64,000 bases of DNA from an uncultured Planctomycetota bacterium (GCA_963719315.1 CAVRBU010000006.1:1-64000), one strand, 5' to 3'; numbered from the stretch's first letter, positions 1 to 12,099 are shown. The notes: generated from the sequence alone by a model not told the origin. A program made the numbers and translations.

Positions 1-348
1 AAGACCCACGTGTCATCGATTGACGCATGATGTCGCACTCTCTGCTTTTCCCGGCAAACTAGTTTCCAATCTTCGTCCATATTTCCATTGGTCCTGCGCC
101 AGGTGCGTTAGAATGCTCTTAGCTGGCAGCGTCCAGCGCCTTTAGCAGTAAGTCCGTAGCTGACAGGACTCCTCAAAAAAAGGCGCAGCAACTTCGCGAG
201 CCGGTGCGAAGCGAAAAAAGACCAGCTACTAGAAGCTGCGAATAAGCACGCGTCCGCTTCCATCAACACGGGCCTCTCGGGGTCCGTGTCCCCCCACTCT
301 AGGAGTTTTTCCTGGAGTGTTTTAGCAACGCAAAATGATGGAGGCTTT

Positions 349-519
349 ATGGCCTTTATAAAGTTCGGACTTGTGCTTGTGATCCTTGCTGTCGTTCTGG
401 AGATCTGGGACGAACTTCCGCTGCCGTATTGGTGCTGGTGGAATACGAACCGGTGGGGATTGCTGCTTCTGAATGCGGCAGCGGTGTGTTTCTGCTTGTC
501 GATTATTACTAATCTATAA
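349..519 (+). CDS. Small hydrophobic hypothetical protein
   Basis: GGAGG just upstream of ATG; two hydrophobic stretches. Confidence 0.35.
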   Translation: MAFIKFGLVLVILAVVLEIWDELPLPYWCWWNTNRWGLLLLNAAAVCFCLSIITNL

Positions 520-796
520 GCGCACCGTTCTCCCCGCGGTCTGAGTTTACTCAGGCCTCGCCTTACAACTTGAAAGGAGCTCCGATTCGTCGGGCCCTTT
601 TTTGACTGTCCGCTGCTGTCGGACATGAAAAATAAATCAGCAATATTCGATGCCGCTCGAATTCCAAAAATCGCGGCCTTGGTCCATCCGTAATTCCCAA
701 CATTTCAAATTCTCTCTACTCAGCGTGCATGGCTCATCGCGAGTCCTGCATGGTGGAGGTAGGTGGAATATGAAAATGCAAAAGAGGGGATACAAA

Positions 797-1125
797 TGGC
801 TAAGAAATACGCATCGGATAATAAGGTCACTTCGAGCAAACAACTCGTGGTGATTGACCCCAATAAACCTGAAAAGGTTGTTATGGCCGGAAATGTTCCG
901 CGCGAGTCTGGAAAAACGATTCGCCTGTTGGAGTTGAAGTGGAGAGTAGATTGCGTCTACATCTACTCAGTCAGCAATCGCGGGAACAACCGGAATGGGG
1001 ACAAGACACAGTATTCCGTTGCACGCCGTACCGGATGCCGCCCGGCTATGAAAAAAGCATATCGCTGGGCAAAACGTCGGCGTAGAAATGAAAAATGGTT
1101 CGCCATTATATTGCTACGCTGGTAA
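797..1125 (+). CDS. Basic hypothetical protein
   Basis: GAGGGGA upstream of ATG (MAKKYASDNK); no recognisable motif. Confidence 0.35.
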
Positions 1126-2221
1126 TTCGAAACGGCAAAGTCGCTCTGGCGACTGGCGAGACCCATCTTTCAAGATGAGTCTCGTTTTTTTATGCGCGGA
1201 CGCAATTTCGGCGTTTCACGCTATCGAATTGAAGAGAGCTAGTAATTCCGATTTGAGATGTGACAAGAAGAGACATAATTCGGACGGATAATATTTGCCG
1301 CTTGCAGGTGCGGTCGCTAACACTCTGCAGCGATGGCATGCGTGGGAAAGTAGCTAAGGAGTGACCGCGAACGACTTTGCGTCACCAACGTAAATCAAAA
1401 CAAAAGTCGAGGAGGGGTGGGGACGGCGAACGGTCGGAATTGAAATGAATTTGTCGCGAAAATACACGGGAGAATCAAGAGGCGAGCCCGCACAAATTCC
1501 GTTTAAGGAACCTATGTCACTGTCGTAGACAGTAAAAACCTCTTTGAGGCCGGGCTAGAGAACTCGCAGGCGAAGCGATTACCACACCACGTTTGCCCGC
1601 AGAGTCGCCCGAGGAAACCTGGGCGGAAAATGAAACGGGCTCGCCACGTCATCTGCGATCACGTGAAAAGTCCGAATGCACATCTACTCGAATAATACTG
1701 CGACAAGTCGCAACATAATTCTGAAGCAAAAAGAAAATGGGTGAGCCCGTGCAAGTTCGTTAGAACCTGACCTGTCTTTAAGACAGCAACCTAAAAAAGG
1801 TGGGGCTAGAGAGTTGGCGTGCAAAATGACCAATCCCAAACATGCCAACCGCCCGAAAGACCCTTTTGAAAATAACACAGACTCACCCCGTGACATTTGT
1901 CGCGGGATGACACTTTCAAGCAATCTACCGATCTTGGATTTAAGGCGACTGAGATTATCATTGCTCAGCTTGCTTGACAAATTAGCGACCGAAGTTACAT
2001 TGATTAATGACCAATCCTTCCGCCGACTCAGTCGTCGGGAAGAACAATACAAGTTCAAATCTGTTGTCGCGTCTGGCTGAATCGGCAGTGCCTCGACAGA
2101 ACATTCGCTATGAATCTGGCACCTGCGTCTGGCTGAACCGGCGGTTCAACCAGCATGGCTGACTGACATTATCGAGTAGTCGACGGCTCAAGTCGTCGGC
2201 AGCTCGTGTAATGGAGTTACC

Positions 2222-3131
2222 ATGCATTCTTCTGAGCCCAGATCACTCACTGACCTTCTTAGTTCCTTGGATGTGCAACGATTTCTCGTTTCGCTTTGGA
2301 CATACTTTGCTTTCGCGGAACTGCAAATACCGGCGTTTTTTGAGCATCCGGCGTATGCCAGTCTCAATTGGCATACGCTTAGAAACCGCATTCGACCGAT
2401 TCTCAAAATTCTTGAGGAAGCTGGATTCGTGCGTGCAATACCGTGTCGCGTTATCTGGCCGCCACTGCTGAGCGAAAACGAGCCATCGGCTATTCGATTC
2501 AGCGTGCTTGACCCGGCTCTGACGATGGCTGGCACAAACGCCACGCCAAGGCCGACGGCTCAATGCCAAACAATCGGCGTCTACCTTCCGGGTGAACAAC
2601 TCAGCTCACACGTGCCAAAGTAGGACCCGCAATGCCAACATGGGGTGGAGGGCATACTTCGGAGATCGCTACGACGATCTACGCACGTCGCTCGTCAACG
2701 AGGTTATTGAACAGAACAGTCCGAGCTCCGAAAGTAAAATTGCACCGAACGACGTAACAACGCTTTTGCCGGATGAGATAGACGCTTTCATCAATTCGTC
2801 GACGGCAACACGACTGCTCCACACTTCGGAGTTGTCCAATCGCCTTCGCTATCACTTGCGCAATTCAGTTCTTGAACCCATGTGTGCGGGTCGAGTACGC
2901 GAACCGACAGGGCGTATGCTAATCAACGAACAAACGAACTCGGACGCAGAATCACATACGACCAGTCATTTGCTTAGCATCGACATCTTTGCGGCCGGAT
3001 TAAATGCCGCACAATTTCAAAATATGTGGAAGGCCCCGTTTGAGGGCGAAGCGTCGTTCTCCGAGTTTGCGAAGAGTATTTCGAACTCACCTTTCGAATG
3101 GCTAAGGTCGTCGCAACTTCGTTTATGGTGA
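2222..3131 (+). CDS. Hypothetical protein, probably one gene split by a frameshift near 2600
   Basis: Overlapping ORFs 2222-2623 and 2592-3131; winged-helix-like segment RPILKILEEAGFVRA. Confidence 0.4.
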
Positions 3132-3203
3132 TGACACCGTGAGACTGCACAATGCCGAATCCATTAACAGTCCGTGAGGTTGATAAGGCTCCGCGGCCTC
3201 CAT

Positions 3204-3240
3204 AAAAAAAGCCCTGTCCTTGCCGGGACAGAGCTTTTTC
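3204..3240. terminator. Probable bidirectional intrinsic terminator
   Basis: A-run, stem CTGTCC/GGACAG, then T-run. Confidence 0.5.
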
Positions 3241-3692
3241 CGAAGGGAGCCTTGCGGCCTAACCTTCGCGGTTCATTTGCAGCGTACTGTGCTGATAGTT
3301 GGACTGCAAGGTCTCCCACTTTTTCTTCTGTTCGTTTCTTGCGGACTCGGGAGACCGGTGCGTTGCGAACTCGCTGCGCCTAATCGGACTGGTGTCTTGG
3401 TTCGCGTGCGCGCTCGCGCCCGGCGCTAACTTTCACAAGCTCCAGCAATATCTGAAAGGAATTACGATGATTAAAAATCGGCTTGCCGTAGCGCGTTTTG
3501 GCAAAGTTGTCACTTCAAGTTTTACGCAAAACAGTTCGACGCTGTTTGAGCAATTGACGCAGCGCCGCTTGCAGACTGCACCGAGCAAAATGCAGGTGTG
3601 CTTAATGCGCTCCGTAATCAATTGACCATCCTTAAATACTCGGCCGTAAAGGCCCATTCAAAGGAGCGAATTGCAAATGAGTATTTAACGCG

Positions 3693-4493
3693 TTGTCAGC
3701 TTTGCAACGACACGTCAGTCAACTGGTCATATTTTTTGATGTCCTAATAAATATCCAGATCGAGCCACGTCAATTACAACGGCCGGAAGGCGGACTATGG
3801 CAAAAAGGAATCGCTAAGTGGAGACAAGATCTTTTCAATCGCGTGCGCGAGGAATTAATTTGGTCTCCGTCTCCGTCCGTACTGACCGCAATAGTAGCTG
3901 CGCTCGATGCACCGAAGATGCTGCAATGTCTACAAGCGGATGTCGCGTCCAGGGCAATCGAACTGTCTGGGAGAATCGCCAGAATATTTGCCCTAGCTGC
4001 GAGAAAGGGCATCTTGGGCCACATCAATTGGACGGGTCCGACAACTTGCTACTTCGTCCATTTCAGACGCCGATCATTTGCACGGAAGCTGCCGAAACAA
4101 AAACGCACCATACGGCGAAGTGGACTCGCCGCTTGGCCGTCCATGAGCACCACCTGTTGGATGCCGAATTGCTATACGGAATTCCATCGGAAATTCTACT
4201 TCCATACCGGGTGCAGTCGCTCGCTTCCTCAATTCCTGATGTTGCTGCGCCCGTTTATCGCGACGCTTAATGGACTTCTTATCAATGAGCGAATTGTTGA
4301 ATGGGACGAAAGTGAAACGACGCTCGCCGAAGAGGTGACTATCCCGAGTTCAGAGGCTGAGGACGATCCCGCCATTGTTTTCGGTCCCTATGTCCTGTTC
4401 GGCTGGTCCGACCGTGACTTGTCACTACCGACCCCCACGGTCCTGGTTCAGCGTTGGGCAGCCAGGTCATGGATGCGTGCGACACGTCGGTAG
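3693..4493 (+). CDS. Hypothetical element protein, probably with internal frameshifts
   Basis: Long ORF co-oriented with the mobilization genes; start probably near the ATG at 3677. Confidence 0.4.
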   Translation: MSALQRHVSQLVIFFDVLINIQIEPRQLQRPEGGLWQKGIAKWRQDLFNRVREELIWSPSPSVLTAIVAALDAPKMLQCLQADVASRAIELSGRIARIFALAARKGILGHINWTGPTTCYFVHFRRRSFARKLPKQKRTIRRSGLAAWPSMSTTCWMPNCYTEFHRKFYFHTGCSRSLPQFLMLLRPFIATLNGLLINERIVEWDESETTLAEEVTIPSSEAEDDPAIVFGPYVLFGWSDRDLSLPTPTVLVQRWAARSWMRATRR

Positions 4494-4522
4494 TTTGGTC
4501 CTCGTACAGAAGGGAGAAGGTC

Positions 4523-4747
4523 ATGTTGGCACGCATGCTCGATCTCGCAATCGCTCAGTTTGCGGCAACAGTCCGAGGCAGAGTGCGCGATGCAGTTAGG
4601 CAAGCTCTGCTTGATGGAACCAGAGATGCGCTGCTCGATGCCGAGTTAAAAATGGAAATTGAAGCGACGTTGGTCGAATCCGCAGCAGTTCGACCCAATG
4701 GAGAAGCGCGCTCCGCCCGTCCTCGCGCTGGCCACGCCAAACTCTGA
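4523..4747 (+). CDS. Small helical hypothetical protein
   Basis: GGAGAAGG upstream of ATG; directly precedes the relaxase-like gene. Confidence 0.45.
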   Translation: MLARMLDLAIAQFAATVRGRVRDAVRQALLDGTRDALLDAELKMEIEATLVESAAVRPNGEARSARPRAGHAKL

Positions 4748-4791
4748 GCCTGAAAAGAAAAAACGCGGCAGACCAAGAAAGTTCACGAACT

Positions 4792-5432
4792 ATGAGAGTA
4801 CTGACAAGCAGGGATCGTGAAGTCCTAAATGCGTTAGTGTTTGCGGTCGGCGCATTCACTCTGCCCAGATCGTTGACCATTGGTGGCCTCCTACTGCGGC
4901 GGGGCGAAAAAACGGAGCCCGGCGTATCGCCAAATTGTGCCGCAGGGCATTGCTTGAGACCAAGGCACTCCATGTGAAGGCGATTCGAGGCGTGAAGCTA
5001 ATCGGCGCGGAGCGCAACCGATTCTGGCGACGCCCATCTGCTGTCGCTTGAGAGTAGGCGATCTTGGAGCGTTCCGATTCGTCGAATGCAGGTTGTGCTT
5101 GCGACGGAACGTACTCGTAAGATCCTAGGTGGGCGGCCGCGATCAAGCTTTCACTCGCTTCATTCGCTCAATCATTCGCTTGGAGTGAACGCCCTTTATT
5201 TGGAGATCCTTCGCAATCGGCCGCACCTGGCCGAGCGATGGATCGGTGAACTGAATTTCCTGCGCCCGAATTCGGCGAGGCGCAACCCGATGTCTTAATT
5301 GATGGCCACGAAGCCGAACCTATGCTCGCGCTTGAATTTGGTGCGGACTACTCTCCGAATCGCTATCGGCGATTGCTGGAGATGTTTGCTTCTAAGAATC
5401 TTCCTTACGAGATTTGGGCTGCTGCGTCATGA
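4792..5432 (+). CDS. Replication-relaxation (MOBC-like) family protein, several frameshifts
   Basis: N-terminus LTSRDREVLNAL; middle LNHSLGVNALYL; hand-translated C-terminus QPDVLIDGHEAEPMLALEFGADYS...NLPYEIW resembles a PD-(D/E)XK motif; stop overlaps next ATG (ATGA). Confidence 0.6.
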
Positions 5433-6108
5433 GCACTGTAACTATACCACCGCGAATTTCGCAGGTGACATGGAAGGGGATAAATTACGTCCACCGATAC
5501 CGCGCGGTGTCGCTCGATCATTTGCAGGCTTTTATGCCGGAGGAGCGCCGCGACACGTTGCGGATTCGACTTGATAGACAATGCCCGACTGGATGGCTTT
5601 GCCGAACGCATCTCGAAGATCGCCAGCCTTGCTATGCGTTAGGGCGAAGGGGACAGCAGTGGTTTGGTGTTCGCGGGCGAAAAGGATTTCCGTTTGGGAA
5701 GGATGGCTTGCTTCAGCATATTGGCATCGCGACGTTTTGTGGCTGGCGGGATTTCGCAGGCTTCTTCCTGAGGAGTTCTTTAGCACGTTTAAGGAATGCA
5801 AAGAGCCAAAGCTTCCGTCTCACAGCTACTGCCTAGACGAATCAAATCCAGAGTCGCTCGCCTGGATTGTCGTGGATCATGCGTCGACGGCACGACGCTT
5901 CTACGACAAGGTTTCAAAAATCGTTGCCGATCGTCTTCCGTATGACGGATTCCGAAAGCTATTCGAAGCGCACCGCTTCCAGATTGTCGTACTGACCGCG
6001 GAAGAGCAAAAGGTGAATCAAATTCGATCCGTCTTTAACGAACGTTGTCCGCAGTCGGTTCCCGTCTCCGTGATCGCCATTCCCGGCTTACTTCAATTCT
6101 TGCTGTAG
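5429..6108 (+). CDS. Second replication-relaxation-like protein, frameshift near 5740
   Basis: HTH-like start (YVHRYRAVSLDHL), segment LLQHIGIATFC, C-terminus FQIVVLTAEEQK; coupled to the upstream gene. Confidence 0.45.
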
Positions 6109-6115
6109 GTGAGTT

Positions 6116-7439
6116 GTGCGCCAGAATCTTCGAAAAAGAAAAATAACGGCTGAACCGCTGCCAGGTGAAATGCGGAACGACTGGTTCTTCCATCTTCGCG
6201 CTGAGCCGATCACGAGCAAGGTGAGTTACATTCTTCTCACACAGGCCGCGATTCGACACACGTTATGTGCTGCGCTAGCTCTCTATTTGTATTTTGCGAT
6301 ACCGATAACGGGTTGGACTGTATTTCTTGCCTATCTTCCATTTCTCTTGGCATTAACGGCACCGATTTTCGACGAAGCCGAATACGGATCTCCCGAAATA
6401 AGCGTAGTTACCTTTTGGATCTTGCTTATCTCTTCCATTCGACTGGCGTTTTTAATCGGTGACATGCCTGGCAGCACCGGCGCAGTGCCTACTGGTGATG
6501 AAGACAACACACGTCTGTATTTCATACTCTCCGTAGGGGCAGGCATCTTCTTCTTGTCACCCTTCCTGCTTCGGATTTCTCAGTCGTTAAATCTCACGCA
6601 GAGCGTGACCTATACGCAATCGTATCGAGTCTTTTTGGAGTGTCCTTGCTCGGTGCGATCCCGCTCAGTATTTCAGAAGTCCCAAATAGATTTGTCTTCT
6701 GCACCCTTCTTTTAGGAATGTTCTATGGACGTGCTCTCACGTCTCGCTATGCGGCGCGACTTGCGGCTTCACCGCACGTTTCGTTCTCCGCGTCGATCGC
6801 GCTCGGAGAAGCGAGTCGACATGTGGGGCGTATCAAGTCGGTCGTAAAGTGCACGTTCTCGCCGAGCAGCTCGCTCATGTTCCAATTGTTGCTACTTGCG
6901 TCCTGGATCAGTGGAGTAATGCGATCGTTCGACGCCCGGATAGACGGTAAGCCCGTTGTCACGATGTCCAATGAAGTGTATCTCGCTACGCTCATACCCC
7001 TTTCCGCGATGCTCGCGCTTCTTCCAATTAGTCCGAATGTTCAAGTCTCTTTCGGACATCGATTTAAGACGATGTTCGTGGCTACGTTGCAAGCAATTGC
7101 GCTCTGGGAGACCGAGGAACAATCCGCTGCGTATGCGCCGGAGTCTATGCGGCGAGTTGGTTCGGAACGCGAACGACTATCGGTCGCCGTAATATTACTT
7201 GGGCACTGATCGTCGTATTCTTTTTAGCGATCGTGTTTGTGCCGGACCGAGAGCAACTTGCATCGCGTTTCAAGTTGATGTTCTCCGACAATCCGTTCGA
7301 CGCTCCGTATCGACTTGTGCTGTTCGTAGCATTCGTCGTCTTAAAATTATTTCTCATCGTGGCCCTCACGTTCGGCCCTGCACTCGCAGAAGTGCGCTTG
7401 ATTGCTGATGGAGCGATACAACCGGAGGTTGAACAATGA
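6116..7439 (+). CDS. Multi-pass membrane protein(s) ahead of the coupling protein, fragmented by frameshifts
   Basis: Successive hydrophobic ORF pieces 6116-6715, 6640-7209 and 7233-7439. Confidence 0.45.
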
Positions 7440-9051
7440 CACCGCGCGATCAACATCGACAGGCCGTTCTCGATTGGCCAAACATCTTTGATGCGGCGGT
7501 CGAGCGGCTCCTCAATTCGCCTAACCCGGTCGAACGGAATTCGATCTTCGCGGGTCTAGCAGCAGATGGTGGATATCCGCTGTTAGTGCCTACGGACGTA
7601 TTGCTGCGGCACGGGTTGTTTCTAGGCGATCCTGGCTCTAACAAAACGGCTAAGGGATTAGCTCCGATTGCTGCGCAACTCATCGCGAGCGGAAAAAACA
7701 GTGTTTCCGTGTTGGACCTTAAAGGTGACTTGGCATTGTTCCACGGTGTTCGAATCGAAGCCGAGAGGGCAGGCTTACCCTTTAAGGTCTTTACGAATCA
7801 AGCTGGGTGGGAAAGCAACATCTTTAATCCACTCAACCAGACCTACATCAAGAAGACGAGTCGAGCTCAACAGGCGCAGCACATGATTGCAGCCTCGGCA
7901 TGGACTATGGCGATATGTATGGAGCGGCCTACTTCAGTTCCCGCATGGAGCTTTATCTAACGAACCTTCTGTATGCTTATGGCCACTCTATCTCTTCAAT
8001 GGCCGATCTTTATCGTTTCTGCTCAGATCCAGCTGCGTACAAACGACTCGGTCCTGGGACCGATTGGGAACAATCTCGTCATTTGCATGCTCAAGTTGGT
8101 CGCATGGCGACGATGCTGGAACTGAATGGGTCGCCTCGGACATTACCAAACAATCAACTCGCTCTCGACAACCAGATTCAATGCGAAGAATTCTTAACCA
8201 CGCCGATGGTGGTCTACTTCTTACTTAAGTCACCCGTTGGTCCGGCCACACAGCGATCAATCGGAAGACTGTGGCTCTATGGTCAACTTCAAGCAGCTGC
8301 TTTGCTACCACCGGATCGCGATGTGCCCGCGTTCAATATCATGGATGAGGCACAACAGCTGGTCAGCGCGTCGCTTCCAATCATTCTTGCGATGGCTCGC
8401 TCGCACAAAATCGGATGCTTGCTGGCACATCAGTCTCTTGATCAGCTCAAACTGGGCGATCTGGATCTGACTCAGATAATGCTCTCGACCACTGCTTACA
8501 AACAAATCTTCCGCGCGAGCGATCTTATTGTGCGTGATTATCTGACGAAGACCGGCGGCGAGGCGCTTTACCATGATTTGAATTGGGGTCAGGAGGTCTC
8601 TTTCCGTAATGGCGAGCCAGATGAGCGAAAACTATCCCCGCTAAACGCGTGGCGGGATGCGACGGGAAAAACTCCGTCGTTTAGAGTTTCCGAGCGAGTT
8701 GGGCCCGCTCTGGATTCGAATTCCATTATGGACAACAGCGCTGATCCGAATCTCTCTCTGGTGAATATTTCCGAAGACAGCGGACTCGCGAACTTCCGTG
8801 GTCGTTGGACCCCCGTCGTTTCGGGATATCACATCACCGAGGAAGAATATGAAGAGCGCTCCAATACGCCCTGGCCCAAAGGCGATCCGACGAGAGTTGT
8901 TGTTCCATTGGACTGGGAGTATGCACGACGGCATCTGCCTCCCGTTCCCGGTCCGCAAGAGGTAGATGAACTCACGAAACGTGTCCAAAAGCGTCTTGGC
9001 GATTTGGAACAGCCGTACGCCCGCACCGAAAACAGAAAAGCAGGATTTTGA
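7436..9051 (+). CDS. TraD/VirD4-like type IV coupling protein, frameshift near 7895
   Basis: Walker A variant GDPGSNKT, VLDLKGD, Walker B IMDEAQQ, ARSHKIGCLLAHQSLDQL. Confidence 0.8.
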
Positions 9052-9089
9052 TACAGGCGGATGGAAGCGCCGCAACCGAAAGGCTAGCG

Positions 9090-9395
9090 ATGATTGCCAC
9101 GCCTCCAAGCGCAGAGCTGCCGACGCTCCCTGCGCGTCACCCAAAGTTTCCAGATTTGACCGTGCTTACACTCGCGGAAGTCGCGGAGATTTTTGACATT
9201 AAGCTTCGCACTCTGCACCGCTGGATTAGCGGCGGCAACATACCGAAGCCCGGCAAGGTCCGCGGCCGGACCTATTGGCAATATTCCCAGATAAAGGACT
9301 GGATCGATCAAGGTTTCCCCGCCCAAAATAATGGGCATCACGTTAACTCCCGGAGCGCTCGTAATGGCTACGATTTACAAACGAGATCAAGATAA
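9090..9395 (+). CDS. Helix-turn-helix excisionase-like protein (AlpA/HTH_17 type)
   Basis: LTLAEVAEIFDIKLRTLHRWISGGNIPKP...WQYSQIKDWI, immediately before the integrase. Confidence 0.8.
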   Translation: MIATPPSAELPTLPARHPKFPDLTVLTLAEVAEIFDIKLRTLHRWISGGNIPKPGKVRGRTYWQYSQIKDWIDQGFPAQNNGHHVNSRSARNGYDLQTRSR

Positions 9396-10729
9396 GGGTA
9401 AGAAACGTAGCGCGTGGTACATCGGCTACACCGACGAGAACGGAAAGCGTCGGACGAAGAAGGGATTCACAGACAAAGGCGAGACTGAAACGCTCGCCGG
9501 TTTGATTCAGCAAAAGGTCAACCACCGACGCGAAGGTCTAATCGACCCTGAGCTTGAAAAGGCTGCCGAGCGTCGGAACATTCCAATTAAGCTGCATGTC
9601 GACGCATTCGAGCGCAGTCGCGCAAATAACAGCGCCCGCTACGTGAAGCTAGTCGTTGGACGCGTCCGCCGAGTAGTGAAAGGCTGTCGCTTCGAGACAA
9701 TCAGCGACGTTAACGAAGAAGCAATCGCTGAATTTCTCAACAAGCTTGCCAAGGAAGAACCGAACTTTGGCAATCGAACGTATAACCACTATGTTCAAGC
9801 ATTCCATACGTTTTGTCAGTGGGCTCTTCGCACAAAGCGAATCACTTCGAATCCCATCATTGGTATGAAACGCCTCAACACCGAGGTCGATATTCGTCGT
9901 CGTCGTCGTGCGCATAACTGAAGACGAGTTTCTCCAATTGGTAGAATCTGCGCGGTCGTCTAAGAAGCGGATTCAGGAGTTTGATGGAGAGGAGCGAGCT
10001 CGTATTTACTTGCTGTCGTGCTTTACCGGATTGCGTAAAGCCGAGATTGCATCGCTCACGCCAAGAAGCTTTTCACTTACTTCGACGCCGCCTACGGTTA
10101 CCGTCGAAGCAGCATTCTCAAAACACGGTGAGCGCGATGTATTGCCGCTTCACCCCGAACTGGCGAAGTGGCTCGCGGTTTGGCTCGCTGGTTTGCCCGT
10201 GGACGAAGTGCTTTTCCCACGACTGAAGAATCGTCGTACTTCGGTAATGGTTCGAAAGGATCTGGAACGGGTAGGCATCCCTTATGAGACGCCAGACGGG
10301 ACCGCCGACTTTCATGCCGCCGGCCGTCATACTCACATAACCCAGCTGCTCCGCAACGGCGCTTCGCTACCGGAAACAAGAAGACTCGCTCGCCACAGCG
10401 ATATTCGAACAACGATGCGTTACACGCACATCGGCATCGAAGATCAGGCGCGAGCACTGAAGCAACTTCCCTGGCCCGGCAATGGGAAACAGAGCAAAAG
10501 TGAGAACACTGAAGGCAGTGGAAACGGCTGGGAGTGTTCTGGGAGTGACTCGGCTGTCTCAAGCAGTCGTACGGAGTCCAAGAATGGCAGTGACACCATT
10601 CCTGCGGATGAGACAGAGAGCGACGCAAGTCCGAAGCGTGTCAGAAGTTGTCGCAAGTCTTCACGCCATGACATTGCCTCGCGTGAAATAAGCCACGGGT
10701 TCGATTCCCGCCGCCTCCACTTTTGGTGA
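9364..10729 (+). CDS. Tyrosine recombinase/integrase, frameshift near 9912
   Basis: Arm-binding-like N-terminus (WYIGYTDENGKRR); catalytic set GLRKAE, FHAAGRHT, ARHSD, TMRYTH. Confidence 0.9.
10696..10721 (+). other. Attachment site: duplicated 3' end of tmRNA (ssrA)-like gene
   Basis: CGGGTTCGATTCCCGCCGCCTCCACT is a T-arm plus Ala-type acceptor 3' strand; no matching 5' part upstream. Confidence 0.7.
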
Positions 10730-10761
10730 TTGTCTCCTTGTGGCAGTCTGAGTCGCATGCT

Positions 10762-10805
10762 GGCCCGTTCCGATGCTCGAAAGACGCATCGGAACGGGCC
10801 TTTTT
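10762..10805 (+). terminator. Intrinsic terminator, probably the displaced terminator of the target RNA gene
   Basis: 15-bp stem GGCCCGTTCCGATGC/GCATCGGAACGGGCC followed by a T-run. Confidence 0.75.
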
Positions 10806-11131
10806 CATATGCCGTCAATTTGGGGACTTGGGACTCGACGGAACTGCAGTGGCCCCCCCGGAGACACGCGCGAGATGCGTCCAGAGATGCGTCGGGAATC
10901 GAAAGCGGCCCGGGCAGACAATAGCACTTGCGCTGGTGCTCCCAACGGGGGCGGGCGCATATTGTCTGGGGAGTCGTTATGCCCATCTCTAGTTTCGTGT
11001 TCCCGTGCGTTGCCTCCGAGGACGATCGTTTCGTTTGTCGCAAAGAGGTCGCACGTACCGCGGGCTGCTACGGCGTGTCTGACCACCGAAGTTTTCGAGT
11101 GGGCAAGAACGGCTTCCTTGTTGGCAGTCAG

Positions 11132-12043
11132 CTATTTCTTTTTCTTCTTGACGGGCTTCCTTTCCGCGGGGTTTTTGGCTGCACGCGGGCTTTTCTTGGA
11201 CCTCTTGCGATTGGCGAGTCTTTTCTTGGTTCCCTTCGTCGCGGCTGGCCGTCGTGCCGTTTTCTTTTTGCTCTTGGTAGGCAGCGTTTGAGTGATCGGG
11301 TCCGTTTCGGCGCCGAAATCGAGATCGATACCAAATACGTCGGACAAGTTGCTCGCGGCAAGCTTCTTAGATTTACCGGAAGATGTCGCGACGGAGACTG
11401 CCGCTTCGGTGTCGACCGCGATCAACTCCTGGTGGTCGACGCCGCGCAGTGTGAATAACAAGTCGGGACTGACGTCGAGCCGCGCGCCAACGCCATACAT
11501 GACCGCCGCAATATGTTTACACATGCCGGCCCAATCAGGACAGTCGCAACGGAAGGAGATCTCTTTCGGAAGCGGGAACAAACCTTCCTTCTGGTCGGTG
11601 ACGATCCGCATCACCTCGTCCGACAGCCTTCCTTGGAGCAATTCCAGTAGCGACCCGATCTTGCCCGCGGACCGCTGCTTGATGATATGCCATTTCGCTG
11701 GCGAAAGCTCTTTGATCTGAACTTTGACCGTGTACAGTTCCGATCCCGCGACGCGCGCCTCGACGCCCCCTTTGGTGGCACACAAGTGACAAACCGAGCC
11801 GTTGCGGACATAGGTTCTTCCGCGCGGCAAGCGGTTGGCGTAGTCGCTGAACGATTCTAGGTGATCGCACCAAGCCTCGCCCCAGAAAGACTTTGCGATC
11901 TTGCGGCCGTCGATTTCGACCGGCTGAACGTCCATGCCTTTCTTGCGAAGAGACGCGAGTTTCTTCGCAGCGCGCCGACGCCGCTCGGCCACCGACACGT
12001 AAGGATGCCAGCCGTAACCGTATCCATATCCGTAGGGCGACAT
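11132..12043 (-). CDS. SWIM zinc-finger protein
   Basis: NRLPRGRTY and CDCPDWAGMCKH motifs; Lys-rich tail. Confidence 0.85.
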   Translation of the reverse strand: MSPYGYGYGYGWHPYVSVAERRRRAAKKLASLRKKGMDVQPVEIDGRKIAKSFWGEAWCDHLESFSDYANRLPRGRTYVRNGSVCHLCATKGGVEARVAGSELYTVKVQIKELSPAKWHIIKQRSAGKIGSLLELLQGRLSDEVMRIVTDQKEGLFPLPKEISFRCDCPDWAGMCKHIAAVMYGVGARLDVSPDLLFTLRGVDHQELIAVDTEAAVSVATSSGKSKKLAASNLSDVFGIDLDFGAETDPITQTLPTKSKKKTARRPAATKGTKKRLANRKRSKKSPRAAKNPAERKPVKKKKK

Positions 12044-12099
12044 CGTTTGTAACTCCGTTAACTGGTTTGCCAAGTACGTTGCGAAGTAGCGGCTCCGAA

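Larger units (their letters stand above)
1..10721. mobile_element. Integrative (mobilizable) element, right part; left boundary lies outside the window
   Basis: Relaxase-like genes, coupling protein, HTH excisionase and tyrosine integrase in one orientation, ending at an RNA-gene 3' fragment; visibly more AT-rich than the DNA beyond 11 kb. Confidence 0.8.

Noticed and set aside
10640..10725. Complete tRNA or tmRNA gene
   Set aside because: Only the T-arm and 3' acceptor strand are present; upstream is integrase coding sequence
9364..10729. This integrase as the IntI of the cassette array
   Set aside because: Phage-type N-terminus, adjacent excisionase and its own att site, about 36 kb from the array
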